Assembly: GCA_019749895.1 (NCBI GenBank)
Contig: JAIEPG010000002.1
Location: forward strand, 66,244 to 130,243
From: Candidatus Babeliales bacterium
Lineage (GTDB): Bacteria > Babelota > Babeliae > Babelales > RVW-14
Direction of reading: 5' to 3'
Length of the DNA stretch: 64,000 nucleotides
Below, piece by piece: positions 57,513 through 64,000 of this stretch. Positions within the stretch are counted from its first letter, which is position 1. Every line of letters starts with the position of its first letter. The position numbers were made by a program, and so were the translations under genes. Below the pieces are notes generated by a model. The model was not told where the DNA came from. It searched no databases and worked only from the letters and a program-made list of their open reading frames with translations.

Positions 57513-59495
57513 ATGTTTAATAAAAAAAATGCCTTCAAACTCTCATCACCGTTCAAGCCTGCGGGCAGCCAACCAGAAGCAATAAAACAACTTTGTGAAA
57601 ACAGACCAGGAAAATCTACCCTACTTGGCGTAACCGGCTCCGGCAAAACCTTTACCCTGGCAAATGTTATTGCTCAGCGTGGTAAAAGTGTACTCATTTT
57701 GTCGCCCAACAAAACGTTGGCAGCACAGCTGTATGAAGAATTTTCGCTTTTTTTTCCTGAAAACAAGGTCTGTTATTTTGTGAGTTATTACGACTACTAT
57801 CAACCCGAGTCGTACCTACCTGCACAAGATATTTATATCGCCAAAGAAACCAAAATTAATACCGAAATTGAACGGTTACGCGTTGAAGCAACCGCTTCAA
57901 TTATTAACCGCAACGACGTTATTGTTATTGCCTCAGTCTCGGCAATTTACTCGCTTGGTAACCCAACTGATTACCGTGAACTGACCTTCCAAATTAAAGT
58001 GGGCGACACTATCTCGCGCAAAGAGTTTGTTGAAAAGCTTATTTTTATTCAGTACAAACGCAACGACGTTGAGCTCAACTCCGGCAACTTTCGTGTAACG
58101 GGTAACTCAATTACTATTAACTTGCCCTACCTGCATGACAACATACGCGTTGAACTTTTGGGCAACACCATTGAAACTATTGAATTGTTGGACAAACGCG
58201 AACATAGAGTAGTGCAAGAACTCGACAACTTTTTAATCTTTCCAGCCAAGCACTTTTTGACCACACAAGACAAACGCGAAACCGCTATTCAAAACATTAA
58301 AGAAGATTTAGAACGAGAAGCGGCTGAACTGACCAACCCGCTCTACCGCGAACGCTTGATAACCAGAACCAAGCATGATATCGACATGATTGCAGAAACC
58401 GGTTACTGCAGCGGTATTGAAAATTACTCCCGCTACTTTGATGGCCGCATGCCAGGCAGCGCGCCCTACACCCTGTTTGATTTCTTTGACGATGATTTTT
58501 TACTGGTCATCGATGAGTCGCATATCACCATCCCGCAACTTGGCGGCATGTATAAGGGCGACTATTCGCGCAAGCAAGCATTGATTGAATATGGTTTTAG
58601 ACTGCGGACAGCAGAAGACAACCGCCCGCTCAAGTTTGAAGAAATCGAAAGATTCTTTAAAGACGTCATTTTTGTTTCTGCCACTCCAAGCGAATATGAG
58701 CTTCAACATAGCGATCAGGTTGTTGAACAAATTGCACGTCCAACAGGTATTATTGACCCGGAAGTTATTATGCGGCCACGAGAAGGCCAAATTGAAGATT
58801 TGATTAAAGAAATAAAAGATACTAATAAACGTGGCTTTAGAACACTTATCACTGTTTTGACCAAAAAATCAGCAGAAGATTTATCACAATTTCTTGAGAA
58901 CCAAAAACTTAAAGTTTGCTATCTACACAGTGAAATTAAGACACCACAACGGACTGAGATTCTGCACAAGTTACGCTTGGGCGTTTTTGACTGCTTAGTT
59001 GGTATTAACCTGTTGCGCGAAGGCTTAGACTTGCCTGAAGTGGCACTGGTTGCTATCATGGACGCCGACATTGAGGGTTTTTTACGCAATGAACGCTCGC
59101 TGATCCAAACCATTGGACGAGCGGCACGTAATGCAGAAAGCAAAGTAATTTTATATGCCGACAAGATAACCAAGTCGATCAAGCGAGCGCTTGAAGAAAC
59201 AAACAGACGCCGCGCAATTCAGACAGCTTATAACGAAGAACATGGTATTACACCGGAAACCGTAAAGCGCGAAGTAGCAAAGAGTATTTCCAAACTTCAA
59301 GAAGGTATTAAAGCCGCATCAAAAGCAGAAAAACAGGGCAAAAAAATTAAACCTAAAAACGCTGACGATGCACGCGCGCTCATTACTCAACTTGAACTTG
59401 AAATGCAACAGGCAGCAGAAGATTTAAAATTTGAACGCGCTATTGAACTGCGCGATCGTATTTTGGCACTACAAAAACAATTTTTACAAAAATAA
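57513..59495 (+). CDS. uvrB: excinuclease ABC subunit B
   Basis: Walker A GVTGSGKT. Beta-hairpin region YYDYYQPESYLP. Motif DESH. Helicase motifs present. The C-terminal UVR domain is EDLKFERAIELRDRILAL. Confidence 0.95.
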   Translation: MFNKKNAFKLSSPFKPAGSQPEAIKQLCENRPGKSTLLGVTGSGKTFTLANVIAQRGKSVLILSPNKTLAAQLYEEFSLFFPENKVCYFVSYYDYYQPESYLPAQDIYIAKETKINTEIERLRVEATASIINRNDVIVIASVSAIYSLGNPTDYRELTFQIKVGDTISRKEFVEKLIFIQYKRNDVELNSGNFRVTGNSITINLPYLHDNIRVELLGNTIETIELLDKREHRVVQELDNFLIFPAKHFLTTQDKRETAIQNIKEDLEREAAELTNPLYRERLITRTKHDIDMIAETGYCSGIENYSRYFDGRMPGSAPYTLFDFFDDDFLLVIDESHITIPQLGGMYKGDYSRKQALIEYGFRLRTAEDNRPLKFEEIERFFKDVIFVSATPSEYELQHSDQVVEQIARPTGIIDPEVIMRPREGQIEDLIKEIKDTNKRGFRTLITVLTKKSAEDLSQFLENQKLKVCYLHSEIKTPQRTEILHKLRLGVFDCLVGINLLREGLDLPEVALVAIMDADIEGFLRNERSLIQTIGRAARNAESKVILYADKITKSIKRALEETNRRRAIQTAYNEEHGITPETVKREVAKSISKLQEGIKAASKAEKQGKKIKPKNADDARALITQLELEMQQAAEDLKFERAIELRDRILALQKQFLQK

Positions 59496-59497
59496 TA

Positions 59498-60364
59498 ATG
59501 CAGAACACCAAGCTTGAGCAAGAATGTATTGATCTGTTTAATGCACAGGGTATGTCTACCCAAACCATTCGTGCATTCCAAGAAGTTATTTATAATTACT
59601 ACCACCAAGCCGGCAGAACCTTTGCATGGCGACAGGAAGTAACACCGTACCGTGTTGTTGTTTCTGAAATTATGTTGCAACAAACACAAACCTATCGGGT
59701 TGCTCCAAAATTTGATGCGTTTGTTGAACGCTTTCCAACGTTTAACGAACTCGCACATGCACCGTTTGAAGAGGTACTGCGCTTATGGAAGGGCCTGGGC
59801 TACAACCGCCGCGCTCTTAATTTACAAAAAATTGCACACAACTTGGTTACCAACTTTGACGGACAACTGCCCAATTGCCCGCAAACGCTGGCAACCCTGC
59901 CCGGCATTGGCAAGGCAACAGCTGCCTCAATCTGCGCTTTCGCACACAACACGCCAACTACTTTTATTGAAACAAATATCCGTACCGTGTTTATCTACTT
60001 TTTTTATCGAACAAAAATAGATATTTCAGACAAAGAACTCATGCCATTAATTGAAAAAACAGTCGATACTAGCAATCCGCGACATTGGTACTATGCACTG
60101 ATGGACTATGGCGTTATGCTCAAAAAAAATGTTGGTAACTTGTGCAAGCTGAGCAAGCATTATGCAAAGCAATCTAAGTTCCAGGGCTCAGACCGGCAAA
60201 TTCGCGGTATGATTTTACAGGTTTTACTCGAACACCCACTTTTATCAGAACACAAGCTTATTCAAAAAATAGACCGCCCACAAGGTCGCATACAGTTAAT
60301 TCTTGATCAACTTTGCCAAGAAGGCTTTATTCAAAAGAGTTCTCTTGGTTTAAAGCTCTCCTAA
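59498..60364 (+). CDS. HhH-GPD DNA glycosylase, MutY-like, apparently without the 4Cys Fe-S cluster loop
   Basis: FAWRQEVTPYRVVVSEIMLQQTQ, LWKGLGYNRRALNL and LPGIGKATAASICAFA (HhH-GPD). After ALMDYG only one Cys is present (NLCKL), where C-X6-C-X2-C-X5-C is expected. The C-terminal part is FQGSDRQIRGMIL. Confidence 0.65.
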   Translation: MQNTKLEQECIDLFNAQGMSTQTIRAFQEVIYNYYHQAGRTFAWRQEVTPYRVVVSEIMLQQTQTYRVAPKFDAFVERFPTFNELAHAPFEEVLRLWKGLGYNRRALNLQKIAHNLVTNFDGQLPNCPQTLATLPGIGKATAASICAFAHNTPTTFIETNIRTVFIYFFYRTKIDISDKELMPLIEKTVDTSNPRHWYYALMDYGVMLKKNVGNLCKLSKHYAKQSKFQGSDRQIRGMILQVLLEHPLLSEHKLIQKIDRPQGRIQLILDQLCQEGFIQKSSLGLKLS

Positions 60365-60506
60365 TGTTCCCACCAAATCTTAAAGAACCTTCATCTTTCT
60401 AACATTTTTCTCAAAATCTTGAGTTCTTCTTTTCTCTTGAACTAGGATAGTAAAAGCTATTTTTAGTATTTAAAGGTTTCACCCCTCAAAAAAAGAGAGA
60501 ATTGCG

Positions 60507-63500
60507 ATGAAACAAAAAAGAACATACTCGGTCCTAGGCCTTGTTTTATTGTTGAGCTTGATGCTCAATATTAACCAAGCAGCATTTGCAGGACCCGGCG
60601 ACCCCTCAACATCCGACAGTACCGATAATAAAGATAAGAAAACAGAGCAACAAACCAACGAAAAAAAATCAGACAGCTCAGATAATAAAAAAGAAACTAA
60701 CGATCAGAAGAAAAAAGACAAAGAAGCCGAAAAACAGAAAAAGAAAGAGGCTGACGATCAGAAGAAAAAAGACAAAGAAGCTGAAAAACAAAAAAAGAAA
60801 GATGCTGATAATCAAAAGAAAAGCGACACTGATAAGAAAAGTAAAGACAGCGACAAGAAAAAAGAGAGTACCAAACAAAGCAAAAAAACATCTCAAGTGG
60901 GCATGACCAAAGAACAACAGAAACAACAAAAACAAATTGAAAAAGAGAAACAAAAAAAAGCAAAAGAAGCAGCAAAACAAGCAAAGAAAAATAAGGGCAA
61001 AGCGAAAGAAAAAGAAGAAGATCAACAAATTGTAGCCGCAACAGGCCCCCAACAAAAAATCTCTAAAGATTTATTCACTGCGTTGCCAGGAACAGATTTA
61101 CAAAACATCGATATCGCTCGCGGCGGCAACGACCCATTAATTTTTGGGCTCTCAAAAGACGGAAAATTATCCAAACTCAATAAAGATTGGAACGGCTGGT
61201 CTGACATTTCTCCAACAACAGTTCTTCAAAGTTTTTCGGTTGGCGCTGATGGCACTATTTGGAGTTTAGACAAAGATGGTAACTGCTGGTACCAAGAAGA
61301 CGGACAAACAGAATGGGGACAAATTAGTACCAAAGACAAAAAATTTGCACAACTTTATGTTGGTAATAAAAATGAAGTTTGGGCCCGCGATACCGATAAC
61401 AATATTTGGAGAAAAAAGAACCCAGTTACCGAACAAACTGAGTGGCAAAAAGTTGATGGCCAAGGGGTTTTTATAGCATGTAGTGGGGACGGAACTGTTT
61501 TACTTGCAGCTAATGACCTAGTTCTTCGTACTTTTAATCGCTTTAAAAAATCATGGGAAAATATTATAAAACCAGCAACATTTGATATGGGCAACCCATT
61601 AAAAATATCAACAAAAGATAAATTTAATACTCTGTTTCTTGATTATAAAAACAACGCATGGAAACTTGCACCAGGAAGAAGCGGCAAACAAAAAACTGAT
61701 TGGCTAGCAATTGAAAGCGCTACCGGCTCTTTTAAAGATATTGCAATTGGTTACGACGGCACTATTGTAGCAATAGACAAACAAAATAATATCGTTGTTA
61801 ACAAACCATCAAAAGACGATACTGCTGCTCTAGAAAAAGCACGTGGACCAGAAATTCGTGGCACGCAAATTGTCAGACTTATTGCAGGACCAAATGTTGA
61901 CGGCATGCGAGCCTGGACCCACGCCGATAGCTATTACGACCAAAACGCTCAAGTAGACCCACCAAACAACTTTAATGAATTGTTAGTTGGTAGCTCTGGA
62001 TCGGGCTCTGTAACTTTGAATATTGAAAAACCAACTGATGAAACAACCTCTCAATCAGACGAGGGAAAAACGCAACCAGACAAAACAACAACAGAAACAG
62101 AAATAGAAAAGGCAACAAAAAAAGCAATTGCACCTTCTTCTGACGCAGGAAAAAAATTAAAAACTGATCAAGCAAAAGCAGATGACAATAAGCAAATAAT
62201 TAAAACGCAAGATAAGCGCCAAGATATTGGTTGCTTTTTTACTATCACAGCTGCACAAGATGACAACTCGACTAACGTTATTAATTTTGGCGACACGGTA
62301 AGTATTTGGTCACTCTACGCAGCAGAAGGTAATCTTAAAAAGGCTGGCTCACTAAGCAAAGAATGGAAATGGTGGGTAAGCGACAGTCATTTCATGTGGA
62401 AGCCTGATCAGTTTGATATTCGGGTGTCATTACTCAATCATCCACACGCTCAAGATGGCTGGCAAACATTTAAACTGATAAGTCCATACAATCAAACAGG
62501 CCCAATTCGTTCAAACGACACAATTATTATTCAAAGTATGGCTCCACATGCCCAAGAGCGTAACCTTTGGGTAAATCAATATAGCTGGGTTAATGCCAAA
62601 GAACATTTTGAAATAATAGTTCCTGCTATCAATACAGGATCTTGGCAGCCAAGTTTTTATGGACAACAAGACCTTGGCGGCGCACAATACTTTACACTCC
62701 AAGCAGTAAATTCAGAAGCAGATGTTCCTGATACGGGAACCTCACTCAACACTAAAGACCCAAAGAAAACTGCACGTGATGTTTTTAATATGATCAAAGG
62801 ATCAGCATTTTGGTTTGATAAAAAACTGGCAACAGCAACCGTTGCAAAATCGTTAGTAAAATCTGAATTGACATCAGGCCTTGGCGTTGTTAGAGAATTA
62901 CGCAACAATACGGACTATGAAATAACAACCAACAACTATGGAACCTGCCCCCCTCACGACACAATTCAAAACAAAAAATATGAATTACTTGAACCATTAA
63001 TTCTTGAGGGATTTGCAAAAGAGCCTTCAATCGCTGACTTTGGCCCAGACCGCATGATTACACTCAACAAAATGTTTAGCAAAGGCTTTGCTTGGATTGA
63101 CACCGCGCTTGAAAAACCTGGTAAAGCAACCATAACGTTCCTTGCACGCGCTGGTGACACTGGCGGCATCGAAGTTGTATTTAATACAAAAGCTGATACA
63201 CAAGCCAAATGGCACGTTATTATTGGCGGCAACAATAACACAACATCACAAATATTACTCGATGGCAAACTCATGGCAGAAGCGCCACTTGCCCGTGCAG
63301 TTCCAGGTAACTTCATTCCTTACTGGATTTCTATTAACAACGGCTGCATACTCGTTGGTATTGGCACACCAGGTACGAGTATCTTCATGTCTGCCTATAT
63401 GCCTGAAGCTATACCTGTTGATCGCATTGGTTTTAGCTCTCACAATGGAGCGGTTGATTACACGGAAACTAAAATTGGACAGGCACTTCAAGTTATTGCA

Positions 63501-64000
63501 GAAGACGTTTACGCAAAAGCTAAAGACATTACGTTGCCAGCTAATGGCACTCAAATTAATGTAATAGACATTCCAGTTCGCCTTCCTAACGAAGCAAGTA
63601 TTGCCTTTGCCGCTCAAGCAAAACATGATTTGGCAATTGTTTTACAAAATAAAAAAGGCGACAACAAATATCGTGTTGTTATTGGCGCTCAAGATAATAA
63701 GGTAATAAAAATTGAACGAAATGGTAAGGTTGTGCATGAGTTGATGACTGAACTACTCCCTACAGTACACGTCTCTCCAGACAAACCTACCGACTTCTGG
63801 ATAAGTATTCTTGGCGGCGCAATTATGGTTGGTCAAGGAAAAATTGGCGACAATTTATTAATGGCATGGCAAGATCCAGACGAACTTGAAGATATCACAC
63901 AACTTGGCTTTCAACCGTCTGATCACGAACAAAAAATTACCAACATAGAAATTGCACCGCCCGTTACGATAGGCATTGAAAAAACAGCTATAAAATACGA
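60507..64000 (+). CDS. large exported mosaic protein, 3'-partial (>1,164 aa): Lys-rich repeats, tectonin-like beta-propeller repeats, 2x Methyltransf_FA-like domains
   Basis: Not in the supplied ORF track because it has no stop inside the window. I translated it by hand from the ATG at 60507 and saw no in-frame stop to 64000. Signal-like MKQKRTYSVLGLVLLLSLMLNINQAAFA. K/E/D/Q-rich region at 60590-61020. Repeats of type GADGTIWSLDKDGNCWY, NEVWARDTDNNIWRK and GYDGTIVAIDKQNNIVV (about 61060-61815). Two domains with ..HDLAIVL..YRVVIGAQDNKVIKIERNG..DFWISILGGAIMVGQGKIGD..LMAWQDPD (about 63125-63470 and 63591-63960). Confidence 0.8.
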   Translation, partial: MKQKRTYSVLGLVLLLSLMLNINQAAFAGPGDPSTSDSTDNKDKKTEQQTNEKKSDSSDNKKETNDQKKKDKEAEKQKKKEADDQKKKDKEAEKQKKKDADNQKKSDTDKKSKDSDKKKESTKQSKKTSQVGMTKEQQKQQKQIEKEKQKKAKEAAKQAKKNKGKAKEKEEDQQIVAATGPQQKISKDLFTALPGTDLQNIDIARGGNDPLIFGLSKDGKLSKLNKDWNGWSDISPTTVLQSFSVGADGTIWSLDKDGNCWYQEDGQTEWGQISTKDKKFAQLYVGNKNEVWARDTDNNIWRKKNPVTEQTEWQKVDGQGVFIACSGDGTVLLAANDLVLRTFNRFKKSWENIIKPATFDMGNPLKISTKDKFNTLFLDYKNNAWKLAPGRSGKQKTDWLAIESATGSFKDIAIGYDGTIVAIDKQNNIVVNKPSKDDTAALEKARGPEIRGTQIVRLIAGPNVDGMRAWTHADSYYDQNAQVDPPNNFNELLVGSSGSGSVTLNIEKPTDETTSQSDEGKTQPDKTTTETEIEKATKKAIAPSSDAGKKLKTDQAKADDNKQIIKTQDKRQDIGCFFTITAAQDDNSTNVINFGDTVSIWSLYAAEGNLKKAGSLSKEWKWWVSDSHFMWKPDQFDIRVSLLNHPHAQDGWQTFKLISPYNQTGPIRSNDTIIIQSMAPHAQERNLWVNQYSWVNAKEHFEIIVPAINTGSWQPSFYGQQDLGGAQYFTLQAVNSEADVPDTGTSLNTKDPKKTARDVFNMIKGSAFWFDKKLATATVAKSLVKSELTSGLGVVRELRNNTDYEITTNNYGTCPPHDTIQNKKYELLEPLILEGFAKEPSIADFGPDRMITLNKMFSKGFAWIDTALEKPGKATITFLARAGDTGGIEVVFNTKADTQAKWHVIIGGNNNTTSQILLDGKLMAEAPLARAVPGNFIPYWISINNGCILVGIGTPGTSIFMSAYMPEAIPVDRIGFSSHNGAVDYTETKIGQALQVIAEDVYAKAKDITLPANGTQINVIDIPVRLPNEASIAFAAQAKHDLAIVLQNKKGDNKYRVVIGAQDNKVIKIERNGKVVHELMTELLPTVHVSPDKPTDFWISILGGAIMVGQGKIGDNLLMAWQDPDELEDITQLGFQPSDHEQKITNIEIAPPVTIGIEKTAIKY
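60701..60830 (+). repeat. 54-nt (18-aa) tandem coding repeat, about 2.3 copies
   Basis: CGATCAGAAGAAAAAAGACAAAGAAGC(C/T)GAAAAACA(G/A)AAAAAGAAAGA.GCTGA starts at 60701 and at 60755. A degenerate third copy follows. It encodes DQKKKDKEAEKQKKK(E/D)AD. Confidence 0.8.

Noticed and set aside
60586-61055. Lys/Arg-rich ORF 60586-60906 (+) and Phe/Leu-rich ORFs 60678-61055 and 60697-61041 (-).
   Set aside because: These are out-of-frame and antisense readings of the purine-rich, low-complexity coding repeat of the long ORF that starts at 60507. That ORF has a proper signal peptide and continues into structured domains.

Overview
This is a moderately AT-rich bacterial chromosome segment. Ordinary housekeeping genes alternate with unusually many exported, eukaryote-like or family-expanded proteins.

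Housekeeping genes I recognise:
- RNA and translation: rng, gatB, leuS, tRNA-Asp(GTC).
- DNA repair: ruvA, uvrB, a MutY-like glycosylase.
- Non-oxidative pentose-phosphate enzymes: a transaldolase/F6P-aldolase and tkt.
- Transport and envelope: a polar amino-acid ABC transporter behind a YerC/TrpR-like gene, a TamB-like protein, a Pal/OmpA-like lipoprotein, a GspE/PilB ATPase and a pseudopilin.

Accessory content:
- Three DUSP23-like Cys phosphatases lie in about 9 kb. One is the C-terminus of a 2,155-aa exported protein that also carries a complete PEP-utilizing 'dikinase' module.
- Three large exported proteins share a conserved helix immediately after the signal peptide.
- A hicAB cassette is inserted into the 3' end of a phosphatase gene. 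A duplicated gene tail and an orphaned terminator mark the insertion.
- A second TA pair has an internally deleted toxin.
- There are three tandem HtrA-like proteases.
- Ten small signal-peptide proteins with acidic tails form a tandem array (34.8-40.6 kb).
- Four tandem clostripain-like (C11) peptidases are followed by an exported ankyrin protein.
- There are two CYTH-domain proteins.
- A >1,164-aa ORF runs off the 3' window edge and is absent from the supplied ORF track. It combines Lys-rich repeats, tectonin-like repeats and two farnesoic-acid-methyltransferase-like (Methyltransf_FA) domains.
- A GC-rich repeat of about 45 nt occurs as inverted pairs at two intergenic loci.

I saw no rRNA, CRISPR array, transposase or integrase.

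The gene content suggests an obligate host-associated bacterium, for example Dependentiae/TM6-like. This is inference only, based on the reduced metabolism with a non-oxidative pentose-phosphate pathway, ankyrin and eukaryote-like domains, and many secreted paralog families.

All functional calls come from motif recognition by eye. No database search was run.
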